DNA of 56,624 nucleotides, the filler included, from Sphacelaria rigidula (lineage: Eukaryota): NCBI GenBank assembly GCA_964200075.2. It is 5 parts of 5 records of this genome, joined end to end, with 100 filler letters (N's around TTAATTAATTAA, not from the genome) between each part and the next. Parts side by side here need not be neighbours in the genome. Positions count along the whole stretch, not along the records: positions 11,347 to 22,592 come from CAXNAA020005176.1; positions 22,693 to 33,937 come from CAXNAA020005177.1; 3 more parts are not named here. One strand, written 5' to 3'. Shown one piece after another: positions 11,347-23,765 of the stretch. How positions within the stretch are numbered: the first letter of the stretch is position 1; each line of letters opens with the position of its first letter. A program made the position numbers and the translations under genes. Under the pieces are notes generated by a model. The model searched no databases and was not told the origin of the DNA. It worked only from the letters and a program-made list of their open reading frames with translations.

Positions 11347-14300
11347 CGTGGTGGTCTGTAAGATAAGAGTCAATTGCCGTTTCGTGCCTTTCGACTGCAT
11401 GTTTTCGATCGAAAAAAAATGTTTCTTCACTCGTTGCATTCTTCTCCGGGCGCCGCTAATTATAATTTTGAGGTGAAGCCTTCGAGGAGCATCAATGCGG
11501 TGAACCTATCAGATAGGCAGAAAAAACTTCGATCGCACTTTTTCGATCGAAAAAAAAAAGTGCTATGACACGCCCTAAGTTATTAGTCTGAACTAGGGCA
11601 ATCGACATCCTTGTCATCGACCATGAGGCTGTTACAATAGTTCACCCGCCAAAGAAAAAAAAAAGAAGGTGTGCGTGTCTCAGAATTGTCGGCGTTTTGT
11701 GGCGGAATGATCCCGACCTGCTCTGTGCTGTTCCGTTCTTTTGGGTCTGTACAGTAGTCCAATCTGCCGACCACAACAGACGGAAGCGATAATCCCCTGC
11801 AAAACTACGGACGTAGCGTACGTTACAGTAGTACGGTACGGTACGGTGCGATTCAGGAGAGTACAGTAGCGGAGTACAGTACAGTAGCAGTAGCAGTAGC
11901 ACAGTCCAGTCGAGTACAGTTCGGCGCAGTACAGTTCAGTACAAACGATAACTGAGTACAGTCACCTTCCGTTCTCTAGAATGGTCTCGCCCCCGAATAA
12001 ATGGCAATAGCATACAAACACCGCAATGGTATCCATTTTGGCGATCAGATGAGGATATGGGCTCGAAAACGATCCAGATACTGCTGGTCGTGCGCTACAT
12101 GGCAAACACCGTGGCAAGCAAAATCAGTGCAGCACAGAGCGGTGCGACGGGCAAAACACGGGTGGCCCCCTTGTGCGCTCTGCACTTTGATCAAGATAAT
12201 AGATTTGCACATTCGATGATAACCGTGCTTGAAGGTACCGCACGGCCCTCCTGTACCATAGTGCAGATGTATCGACCGCATTATACTGTGTACACTTACA
12301 GCATACAGCACACCCCAACAGCCACACCCCGACAGTCATTCCCAACCCAGCCCTGCAAGGTAGCTGGTCTGGCTGCATTGTCCCGGATTTTGCCTCTCCT
12401 ATAAACTTCCCAACTTCCTCGAAATGTCCTTGCGGACACGCCGCCCGCCCCAATTGCCCATGCGGTTCAAAAATCAAGTATGGGCTGTTGCAAGCTGATG
12501 GGCGTGTTTTCCATATCGTGACAGACACTACACATCGAAATCATGGACAAGCTACCTTGAAAGGAGACTAGGCATGAATATCCATCTACTGCTGCATTGG
12601 TAATACTGAAACACAGCCTGCCGTGAACAGATGCTGCCCTGACGCGGCCTCTTCACCACTGGCCTCCAAGTTGAAAGTGAAGCTGCCCCTGACGGGGCAA
12701 CTGCCTCTTTGTTTAGGGTCGGTCAAACTCAACTACTTACCTTGGATTCGTTGTTTTGGAACTGGTGCGGTAGAGGCGGCCCAGCACGCCACCGATTAGC
12801 ATCGTCCGTAACTGAGAGATAAACACTAGGGCTATATGTGGTTCTCGCCCCCTGTTCGGCCATGGCCCCTCTGCCGTGCAATAGAGCCTTGTCTTGTTCA
12901 CTTGCACGGTCCCTGTTGAGCATCGAGCCGAAAACTAAACGACCGAAATACTGGTTTGCTCGCACCCGCGGTCGGATGATGGAGGCAGCTGCACGAATAA
13001 CAACAACAACAGTAGTACACTCTACCACAACAGTACAGACAGTACTACAACAATAGTTCTTACAGATGGTATAATATAGACAGTTGGTACGATGAGTGTC
13101 GCAGGTGCTTAAGCTTGCATCGTAATGAAAATCCTTAGTTCACGTTGATGTACAGACGAGATACGGATTGTAGAGGGGCTGGCTCCAGCTAGACGGGAGT
13201 GCGACGGCAGCAGCTGATCCCTCATTATATATAAAACATTAGGGTACGAGTAAACGGATGGGGTGCAGACATGAATGGATTGTTACACTTTAACTTCAGT
13301 ATAAGTTCAAGTTTTCCTAGTGCAGCAGTTCGTCTCCGTGACGGACGAGCGTCCAAGCAGAGCCCAAAGCAATCTCGCCAAGCCGTCACTATACTGCTAC
13401 ATACAAGTCTTGGCGCTCGCAGACCATCCAGCAGGGCTTGAATACTCGTGGTGAAACAACGCGCGTTATCTTCAAAATGTGGATTCGTGTATCGTGTACG
13501 CTTTGATTTGTATATCGCGTTATCTTCAAAATGCCACACCCTTTGATTCACGATATCGCGACAAAATATCCAACTTGGATGCTACACTAAGTATTTGTCA
13601 TGTGTCATGATCTTTCTTAGAGATCCGATGCCATGTGCTGTATCCGATCTTGTGACATGCAACATCTATGTTTTTCCTGTACTTTTAGCGTTCCGCCCCG
13701 ACGATCTAATTGTCAGATGTGTGATGCGGAAGAAAATGCGTCGGTCACGTCAAATAAGCAGGATATCTGCGACCGATAGTCACTAGAGCATATAGGTTGA
13801 CCATTCGTGGGTTTTCAAACTGAGGCATGGCGATTGGAAGATGACAGTTTTTCGAATCGCGACAGAAACCTACATGCTGGACCTCCTCCTTCACCCCGAA
13901 GGTCGGTCGACGAGCAACATCAACGCCTCCCGCGTTGTGCCGTGCTGCTATAGATCGACACTGACTGGTTGTAAAATATACGAGGTAAAAACGATGTGTG
14001 CTGACCTCTTGTTAGCCGACAGAGTTCGGACCAGCATAAAGACTGTACTACATATATCATCCCATCACTACAAGAGCAGCAGTACCAAGACACTCTGACG
14101 CTGATCGTTACATTTGCGAAGATTTTCGCATATCCACCTGACAAGAACTACACTGTTGTCTGTACACCACTCACTTCGCGCCATATTCCGGAAGCAAGAA
14201 CGCGGCACGGTTCATCTTTCGTTGCCGAAAGCTGTGCTGATATACGCTCCACGAGCTTCTCGCGTTGGAGAGTCCGCGCCGACACCGAGCTTTGGTGGAC

Positions 14301-14424
14301 ACCGCAAAGGAAAGTGTAAGCTGTCTTGTCTTGTTCCCGATCACATCAAATAGTTTCAGCTGCCGTCTTCTCCTCAGTACTGTTAACAGTCAACAAACAA
14401 GAACAGTATACGCGCTCCCCGAGC

Positions 14425-17400
14425 ATGTTCGAGTCATCGAAAGTACTGGAGGACTGCGCAAAAGATCGGGAGAGTGGCGGGAACCCCTCGACGAAATCGA
14501 CGACAACGCCTCAATCTTCGACCCCGTTAGGCGCCACAAGTACTACAAGTGGTGCCACTCCCCCGCCACAATCGGCAAACAGCGACAGACCGTTTACGGA
14601 CAGTGTTGTTAGCAGGGACGATGAAACTGATCGCAACGAAGGTAATAGTTGTCGTGAGGAGGGTGAACGACGGGTTGATGGTGACGATATGCTAGGAAAA
14701 TCCCCGCCGTGGCGTCCAACTGCTCGCGAACTTAGCGCCGACGAACGTGCGGAGGCAAAGGAGGCCTTCGTAATGTTTGACCTCGAAGCAACGGGAAAGC
14801 TTCGCTTGCGACCTCTGAAAATGGCGTTCAGGGCTCTTGGTATAAAGGTACCGGACGTTCGCTCCAGTGGGGGTACAAGTATAGAAGGGAGAGTGTGTGT
14901 AGAATGCTTACCCCTTGTGCAACCCCCTTACTCATTCACACGAAGGCGCCGACATGAACGCGCCGACGTGAACGCACGTTCTAATAACGCGATTGATTGC
15001 CTACCCCATTCAATGATACGGTGGGTTGGCAGACCTCAAATGGCATAAGCAAAGCACAACGTGCCAGTGAGCCAACAATGTTCGCACAGATACGCGTATT
15101 CTTTCAGAAATATAAACCAAGCGGCCACTGCCTTCAGTAGTTACACACGCGGGAAGGTCGACGTCGTTACGACCACCATGTTTCTCCCTTCCCGTCGGCG
15201 CAGTCATCTACGTGAGTAGTGTGACGTAGAGCCCACGAGAAAGGGGTGTACATTCTTGCCCTCTGGGCCCCCGCAAAGGATGTTAATTTCGCTTTTTGCG
15301 TGTGTTGGTGTGAATATTGCCGAGTTTGTTTCCAATGCTGCAAGAGTCGGCCGTTAACCTTGCGCTACTCTTTGACACTTTGTATGTGACGATCGTGTAG
15401 TCAGGACATTCAGGTTACCACAATTTCAGCTGGATGTTACCATTTTCCCCTTAACGCACACAGACGCTGAACTGCCAGCTATCCGTTTGCCGTCGCACTG
15501 GACAGATGACGAAAGCGCAGGTGGCAGAACTTATGGAAGAAGTAGCCGGGCAAGAGCGAGAGGTGCGCTGACTGACGTGTACTGTACACGTGAACGAACA
15601 CGGAATGAGTGGACGCACAGCGAGTTTGCTACACAGATTCCGCCACACACACCACGTGGGGTGACTTTTCAAGGAATAGGTTACCGGGGGCAGTGGGCGA
15701 GATTTGCACCCGTACTGGCACACCACCGTGCGCTGCCACGAAATACCAAATGGCGGTCAATTTAGGAGCCGCACTTGACACCACAGCCCACGCATAGACG
15801 CAACGCAGCGCAAGATAGCGCTGAGACTCCCGCTGTTGTGGAGCGTTATGTGTCGAAGCTTCGTTAATCTCTCTTTCCCCCCCACCACCTCCACCCCGTC
15901 CGTTTGATCATGTTGGTAGTCTTGTCGATTAGTTCAGGTATCGGAAATCGTCTACACAATTTGAGCTCTAAAGGATCATGCCGCTACTCGTACGTACCTC
16001 AACATTGTTCATGAGCGTTGTGGCTAGACTGCTAGCATATACCTAGTACTGTACCCATTATGCATCCATATATACACGAATGCATGCATGCACAGTAATA
16101 TAAAAAAATGTAGCATCTTGCTGGGCTAGGGCTTCCCCATCCGTCGGGCATGTGTACCTGGGCTGTGGTGTGAAAGAAGGTTCCTGATCTTGTTGCATCT
16201 CTCTTCTCTATATATACAGTAAATATGGTGTAGAATGTGCTTTTTGTGAACGCATGTATGTAATAAATTACTTCTAGGTGCATACCTAGTGTATAGTGTG
16301 CGGAGATGATCAGCGTGGGCAACGAACCGGTGTCAGGGGTTAGCACCCAGCCCCACGAACAGGGTAGTCAGACCTAACGGATTTCGAAGCTCTAGCAAAA
16401 GCAGTGTCCATGCACCCAACCTGTCTAACCATAGGTTGTGCAGGGTGTCTGAGTTTGAACAAACACCGACATTTATTTGTTGATATTAACATATACTCTA
16501 AGCAGGATGCAGCCCACCCTTCGTGCGACTCACCGAACACATCACAGCGCTTCGCGCTGGTGATCGATTTGCGAGCCTGGTCCGTTGAAAACCGGGCGTG
16601 CTCTGTCCCGGCTTTGCAGGGATGCGAATTCAACGGCTATATGATTACGGTATGCATAATCATGAGTACACCCCCCCCCCTCCCTGTCCTATTTATTGTT
16701 GTCGGCGTTTGTCGATAGGGGCGGGTGACACGTGGGCAGTTCGTGGATATGTTTCCACTTGTGGTAGCTTTGAGAGATGTACGCCGGGAGCTCTGTAAGG
16801 TACGCGACTGACTAACGGGCGGGTAGCCGACATGAAAAATACCATTTGTCGTTTCGGAAGCTGTTGGATCGCAGTGTACATTGTGATGAATAGCACTAGG
16901 CTTTGATTGTCGCACATTAACTGATCATTATCCACTGACCCCCGAGGGATCCCGCCGTAGTCGTCAGATACAAGGTATAGGTACCCGAAGAAAACGAGAC
17001 GGAAACGCAGGTTAAAGGGAAAAATCAGTGAAAAAATGAAAGCAAAGCAAAAAAACAAGATAGAACGAACGGAGTATGTTGAGAAAAAGAATCACATGAA
17101 ACTGAAACTAGAAAAGAACAAGAACGAGAGCGAGAGCGAGAACGGACCCAAGCAAAGAAAGAAGGAAATGGCAAGGAACGGAGAAATGACTGGAAAAAAA
17201 ACGCGGTCTCCCGATGAAACAGGATCAAACAACTGAATCACACCACCATGGAAATGGCCGGCCTCTGTCGCATGACTTCAGGTAAATAACGCTGGGCGCA
17301 AAGAGCACACATACGCGTGCACGAAACAAAACAAGAGAGTCCGCGAGAGCAGATTTGCGGCTCGCCTGTTTCGAACCGAACCATTTGAGCATTTCATTTT

Positions 17401-20400
17401 TTGTTTTCCTTGAAGGAAAGGGGAAACCTAACCCAAAACTTACACCGCAAGCGGGTTCGTGTACGGAGTACCCGGAGACTCGGCCAGACTGCCTCACGTC
17501 AGTCGTGTGGGGCAGGTGCCTCGAGCGTTCGGGTAGCTTTGCTCAAGGCAGTGTGGGGGTTGTGTCCACTAAAACCCCCTATCAACTTGACGCCGTGCAC
17601 GCACCGCTATGCTCTTATGATCTTCGGCCCTAGTACGATTAAACGGTATGGGCTCCCACCGATGAGCCAGGCGTGAGTAAGATACCAATCTGCCACTGCA
17701 CAACACCGAGAGGAGGGGAGCAGCGGGAGGGAGAGAGGGAGAGAGGGAGAGAGAAGGAGAGACCAGAGACCAAGGAAACTACGGAAGCGATGGCACCCAA
17801 TATCGCAATACAATGGAACATGTACAAGGGCACAGACAGAAACACCGCAAGATCACAAACGAAAAAAAAAGCCAGCAGCCGATAAGAGAAGACAGGGGCG
17901 AGTCATTTCCCGCGTAATCCCCAACTTTCCTCACTCATCCCTGGTCGGATACAAAGTGGAACAATCTCTCGGCCATGTCCATCCTGGATTCCTCACGCGC
18001 TGTTGCTGTTGTTGTCTCCGCGGTGGCGGCTCTGCGATTGGCGGCTGTCGACGCAGTAGCCTGTCGTTTGTGGCGAAGGTCCGACCGGAGTTCGTCTTCG
18101 CCTCAGCACGTCTTCTCGGACTCCTCCGCTGCTTCCTCGCCTTCAAGGTGACCGTTTGGCCATGCCCTTCGCCGCAGTAACCAAATTGTGTGCGTCTTTG
18201 ACCTCGGCACCGTAGATGAGCCATTTCTGTCGATGAGCTGAAGAGTGCGATGTGAAGGTCGCAGACTCTTCAAGTCCTCGGGAGGTAGCGTATCCATCCA
18301 GCACATTCCTACGGCATAGCTTTCACCACCTCCGCTCTAAGCAGTCGGATTGTCAGGGGTAGCTTGGCGTCGGGCCGATCGTAGACTTGGGAACCATTCT
18401 TGCGCTGGCGTGCCCGCGTAGCACTGATGCGACGTTTGATGTCGGCGGAAATATTCGCGTATGCTGTGACAGTGGCTCCAAGGTAGACAAACTCCGCTGC
18501 CTGCTGCTTATACCGCTGGCTTACCGCGTTGATGTGCACTGCAATCTCTGCGGAGCTGGGTACTGACCACAGGCACATGGACTCCGTCTTGGTCTCCGAT
18601 ATACCTGCAACCCGAGGCCCTGAAAAGCCACCAGTATCACGGCCATGGTTCTAGCAAGCCCATCTGCGGACCTCGAGACTTTGCTGGCGCATATGACATT
18701 TCCCCGTACCGCGCGCCGCACCTTCTGCAGCGGCGTCTAAGTTAGTGGTTCATCATCGTCACCTGTCGGTGCATCATCTGGATCAAGGCTGAAACGATGG
18801 CTGGGTCTGCCGCGACCCACTTTAAGATCGCGTCGACGAAGGCTGCCCCGAAGATGTCCAAAAATAGTGAGCACTATCCCTTTCTTGCCTGAGTCCCTGG
18901 CAAACGTGGGACCGCGCTGATATCTCGCCATCATCCAGCTGCAATCGGGTTCGTATACAGTCGCGAAACGTTTTTTCCATTTCCACGTAGTCTTAGTTCA
19001 TTGCCGGGAAAAGTGGTGTCTGTTGTTTCTGTGGTTGTGATCGTGTAATACCTACTCCTTCTCCTTCTCTGACGGTAATCTCTTTTCTGCCTCAACTTTC
19101 AACAACAGGTGTTTTGACTCGCTCACATCCCTTTTTGTCAGCTCACAGTGACAGGCATTTCACCTATCCATCTTTCATGTTTTGTAGCATCAACGAACAC
19201 GCGCTTGAATCGTTTCTCAATACTTCTCTGTGTCTCCTCAAACACATGATAGACGGCGTACGGCGTGCTCATCTCTCTCTCCCTCTCTCTTCGCTCACGT
19301 GCAATTGCGACGGCGTTTTACCTTTGCATATTTTCATATTCTTGAAAAACAATCATGTAACGCTAGGCGTTCCACCTGTTCGACGAGGAGAAAACAGGGG
19401 ACATCTCCTTCACGAATATCAAGGTGAGCATCAACGACAAAACACCGCGGAATTTCCTTGCAATTGTTTCGATAACGGTCGATGGGGGTGCCGGTGTGGT
19501 CATCATCCAGTACTCGATTTGTAGAAGGTCTTCTATTGGACAACAGATTACACTGTCAAAAAGTGTACCGTGTACAGTAAGGAATCTATTGTCTATTGCA
19601 ATAGACGCAATAATGGTCGATATTGTACGCAGCGCACGTTTCGACAATGCAATCTATAGTCCAGGGTGTATTAAAGACACAAAGTGCCGGGAGGGCTGGT
19701 CAGCTGACCCCTAGAGACTATGGACTCGTCCCGAGGAGTGGGAGAAGTTGTAAGATTATGACGACAACAATCGAACGACACGCAACAAAGATCGATCGAT
19801 GGTGCGGCAGCCCCCGTAAACTCCTGCTTTACGTGCTTTTGTTTCATACAAAGTCGTTACGGCCCGCGTACCTGATGAAGTGGGGGGTGTACTGATACTC
19901 ACGATCTTGTATGCCGTATTCATAAGACTGTTGACCTCGTATTCGTACAAATCCGGGACGGAGCACGCCGGGTTTTCGCCGGACCGGGCTCGCAATCATC
20001 AAGCGCGAAGCGCCGTGATGTGCTCGGCGGGTCGCATGAAGGGTGAGCTGCACTCTGCTAAGATTGTTCGACCCGAAGCGTACTAATAAGATGGTGTTGT
20101 CATATGGCGTCGACAGTAGGATGATTGTTGGCCGGTTGTATTTAGAGATGACGAAATGTGCTCTTCGAGCACCCCCGGCACCGAACTTGTTTTGTCATGA
20201 TCGGCTAGCTCAAATATCAACATGAAAAACTGAAGAATGAGCCCTCGAGATTCAGAGGCTCGGACTTATGCACCCACCTATCAAGGCGGTTGCGTCGCCT
20301 GTTACCAGCAAATCTCACTGACCAGATATCCCGTCACTGCATTCTCGAGGCCATGACACTGATCGCTCTTCCTCACACGAAAAAGAAGCACATATGTATG

Positions 20401-21542
20401 TATATATATATACAAGTGCATGATGGGATGGGCTTTTTTATCCATTAGCCATCGAATAGTTCTCGCCATTATCCATTCGTTCCTTCCTCTTCGACACTTT
20501 GTACAAGAAGATCCAAGATCGGAGACGGCAATATTTGTACTTATTTTTCCGTACCACCCACGGCAACGTTTTGCCCTGCGCCGTTACATCTTCCCGCCTG
20601 CCTGCTCTTTACCTCTCGGTATCTCACCTCTCTCTGTCCCAAACGTGCATACACACACAACCCCTCGTGCTTGGAAACACACAACGAAGCGAGTGGTCAC
20701 TGAGACGGGCGAGCAACTGAGTGATGCGGAGATCGGAGAAATGATCGACGGCATCGACAGGAATGCGGATGGAGTGATCCGAAGAGTAAGCGATGGCGTG
20801 CACGTACTGTATCGACAGAAAACGCCCGGCATGGTGATCTATTGTTCCCATATTTTTCTTTGATATAGTCTAAAGAAAAAGAGATCATTCGGGCCATCTT
20901 TCCCCCGCCGCTTGTAGTATCAGCCGAACACTTTGCTAGGGCCGTTGAATCAGCACTTTCGATGGCCATCATCGATTTTCCTCGTCGATTGTTTTGCGAA
21001 ACTCTCGTCTTCACAGCTCCTACTGTAAGTTGAAATCTACACGCAAAATTAAGATGAAAGCGAGAAGTACTTGAAAATGCTGCTTACAGGCATTATCATG
21101 TTTTTTTTTGTCTTCCCCCACCTCCTGTTTTGGTTTCAAGTCTTCCCTGCCCATATGTCCCGAGCGGATGATGTCCCCGGTGTGTCATACAACTCACTCG
21201 GATATTTCAACTGGAGCTAAATGTGAACAGGCCGTAGCCCTTCACTCAATCAAATCTCTGTTCTTATTCTTGTGTGGACTCAAAACACTTGCATAGCTGG
21301 TGAAGGCAGATCTCGAAGGCGACAGACAAATAGAAACGGAGACGAGCGTTCCTTGAACACAAAATCAAAGATAACTCAACAACATGGATGAACGTGTCCG
21401 GCTTTCATCCTCCTCCTGCCCTCCCTCCCCCCCCCCCCCCCCCCCACCACGCACCCCCCGCCCCCCGCTCGCCCCACCCCCCTCCGNNNNNNNNNNAAAA
21501 AAAAAAAAACACCCAAACACACTCGGAGAACGTGCCCGCCTT

Positions 21543-21574
<32 letters not shown>

Positions 21575-21972
21575 ACCCTCATCTGGTCTTATAACTGTGC
21601 CATGCATGATCATGAGTGCCCTCCCCCCCTCTTTACCAAACAATGGTCAAACGACTAAGGCAAGCAACAAATGAGCACGCCCCTCCCCCCCCCTCCTCAC
21701 CAACTGTGCTCCGTCTCGAAAGGGATGGTGCGTGGTCAGTAGTCACACGACTAAGCCAAGCAACAAATGAGTACGCCCCCCCCCCTCCTCACCGAACCCG
21801 TCTCCGCCATGTGACTCCCATGTGTGCGTGCCGTGCGCGTTGGGGATCATGTCTCGCAAAAACGTCGGATGTGCTGGTGCATGGCGGCGTGGGCGAACGA
21901 CAGCATGAGTTTGAGGCAGCGATGGGCACTAAGGGCGTGGGCGATCCCATCGACGATCTGGACAGCGACTGA
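14425..21972 (+). CDS. Centrin/caltractin-like EF-hand calcium-binding protein (divergent, multi-exon)
   Basis: Phase-0 exons: 14425-14847 (..ELSADERAEAKEAFVMFDLEATGKLRLRPLKMAFRALGIK), 15506-15562 (MTKAQVAELMEEVAGQERE), 16719-16799 (GRVTRGQFVDMFPLVVALRDVRRELCK), 20690-20785 (RVVTETGEQLSDAEIGEMIDGIDRNADGVIRR), 21904-21972 (HEFEAAMGTKGVGDPIDDLDSD*). All introns are GT-AG and the order is colinear with centrin. A possible upstream exon 13841-13901 splices in phase 1 to 14378/14390. The EF3 exon is not found intact. Confidence 0.85.
16495..16682 (-). repeat. Dispersed repeat family C (SINE/MITE-like; G-run-TGTACTCATGATCATGCAT...GGGACGGAGCACGCC)
   Basis: Homologous copies at 11157-11246, 19882-20059 and 54423-54562, with fragments at ~4970 and ~21590. 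Confidence 0.75.
17930..18960 (-). mobile_element. Degenerate RTE-type LINE reverse transcriptase remnant (intronic)
   Basis: Frameshifted pieces QGLRQ.., LFLDIFGAAFVDAILKWVAADPAIVS, MRRAVRG..SRSADGLARTMAVILVAFQGLGLQ, FVYLGATVTAYANISADIKRRI and YDRPDAKLPLTIRLLRAEVVKAM match the layout of non-LTR RT domains 4-7 and the C-terminus. Confidence 0.85.
19882..20059 (+). repeat. Repeat family C copy
   Basis: Matches the reverse complement of 16495-16682 through GGGTG(A/G)GCTGCA..CTGCT. Confidence 0.75.
21641..21790 (+). repeat. Dispersed repeat family E (CAAACGACTAAGGCAAGCAACAAATGAG-C-run), tandem copies
   Basis: Two units here; further copies at 22507-22592 and, in reverse, ~44650-44735. Confidence 0.7.
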
Positions 21973-22592
21973 CTTGCCACAGCTATTCGACTACGGTAGT
22001 AGCACTAGTAGCCAGGGTCTACTTGTGGTGCAGACAAACAATAGTGGAGCTTCTGTCCCAGCTTGAGTTTATCCTGTGTGGTGTGTCATAATTACATGTC
22101 TTCAAACAATGAGAAGTTAAATTGGGAATGTTTTCAAGAATTCCTTGTTATTTTTTGTGCGGCGTGGTTCGTACCCAATCGAACCGACGACCAGTGTTCA
22201 TTCCAGTTTTTCCGAGGCCACCACTTGCTTTTCTAATAGGGACAACAAGCGCTGGACGCAGGTCTGTGGAACACGACAGCGTACACCGCCAGTACGCGAC
22301 AACAGTGCCCCATCTCTCAGTGATACATTTTCTACTGATTTTGGCACCATGATATCGACAGTACTGCGCAGGGGTATGCAGAACATCACCACCCCCCTTT
22401 ACAGGACGAAGGACGGGGATAAGGTGTGTAAAAGGCTTTTGTGTAATGTATGGAAGAAACGCAATGAGCGCCGGAATGTTGAAGGTGACTCTATTAGGAG
22501 TAGGAACGGTGCTTCGTCTCGAAAGGACTGCGTGGTCAATGATCAAACGACGAAGGCAAACAACAAATGAGTCCCCCTCCCCCCCCCCCCCC

Positions 22593-22692
22593 NNNNNNNN
22601 NNNNNNNNNNNNNNNNNNNNNNNNNNNNNNNNNNNNTTAATTAATTAANNNNNNNNNNNNNNNNNNNNNNNNNNNNNNNNNNNNNNNNNNNN
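22593..22692. other. Artificial contig-join spacer
   Basis: N44-TTAATTAATTAA-N44. Confidence 0.97.
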
Positions 22693-22763
22693 GGGAATCG
22701 AACCCCCCAACTCAACCATCAGAAGGTTACGAGGTTACCAACTGAGCCACCGGGGCGACCGGC
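22693..22763 (-). mobile_element. tRNA-derived SINE head
   Basis: The reverse complement GCCGGTCGCCCCGGTGGCTCAGTTGG..CTTCTGA..GGTTCGATTCCC has Pol III box A and box B. The same head is at 53843 (+) and ~28580 (-). Confidence 0.75.
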
Positions 22764-23765
22764 GATGATGATATATAATAATATCAAACACTGGGAGGGG
22801 GAGCCATTATCGCACTACATGTTAACCACCCCTTTTTTGTACGGCGTACGGGGCACCCTGGACGGAGGAGTAGAGATACCGCTACCACCTCTCCCAGTTG
22901 TGTCCTGTACGGAGTAACATTATTGCCGAAATGACAGACAAGATGTTCTTGTTTCCCGGAAGCAAAAACGAACGCGTTCGTTCGACGTTCACCATAATCG
23001 TGTTACAGTACATTATATTCCGATTTTACTCGAAGCGCGGGCCTGAACTCATTATCTGGACTACAACACGTACTTGCTTCGCGTAGAGACCCCCATGAGA
23101 GGATGCTCGGCCTGGACACGGAGCAGAGATACATACACCAAATTGAAATAAAATATTTGGCTGGTCGATTATTAGCTGACTGGTTCGGCAAAACAATCGA
23201 CAAACAAGTCCTTGAGAGTAGTACAGCAAATCAAAGTCGAAGCGCGGACGTTTACGGGAATGACTGGTCGACAATTCCCATCCTCGAACACAATTGTTTT
23301 TGACATGTATAAAAGGGCCAACCGTGACCCCAACCCCAACCCAAGCCATATCAAGAGCCCTTGAGAAATGAGATAGAGGATGGTGTATGCATGACGAACA
23401 GGGCAAAGTGTGCATGGGCAGAGCTGAAATCGGCGCCAACCAGAGCAAAACGTGTCAACCGCACACTAGCGGGCACCTGGAACTAACTGTAGCTATATTA
23501 CCCCGAAATACATGATATCGCCCGAATTTTGATAGGAATATATGCATTACGAAAATAAAATAACCAAGCATGTACTTCATGTGTTCAATAACTCACTTCA
23601 AATTTGCCGACCCCAGCTCCCTCTCTCTTTCTCTATAATACTGTTTGTATGTACATGCCGCCTGCACGGCGGGTACGACCCACGGGTTACGAACGGCCCC
23701 GAAATGCCTCGGGCCCCAGTCTGCGATGTAGCCTGCAGCAGAGAATGAGTCCGCACGACGACTGG

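Larger units (their letters stand above)
1512..12988 (-). pseudogene. Large multi-exon decayed gene of unknown family
   Basis: Exon-like blocks, most bounded by AG/GT: 12741-12988; 10794-10990 (VFHSALHPHVIKILETY.., ends phase 2), which joins in frame to 10401 (LFGGAMVPMIAIRG..); ~6213-6779; 4194-4328 (45 codons, VTPEEVLAKWLLELG..); ~3173-3288; 2476-2694 (73 codons); 1512-1643 (44 codons). It has in-frame stops, frameshifts, and two acceptors that read AA instead of AG. It crosses a gap at 11247-11346, so it may be more than one locus. Confidence 0.5.

Noticed and set aside
11965..12060. RQNGYHCGVCML resembling the Ulp1/C48 protease QxNxxDCG motif (minus strand)
   Set aside because: It is a single short imperfect motif in an uncertain frame, with no upstream His/Asp motifs visible.
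22693..22763. Possible tRNA gene
   Set aside because: The stems pair poorly, and the same head is fused to a shared body at two other loci, so it is a SINE.
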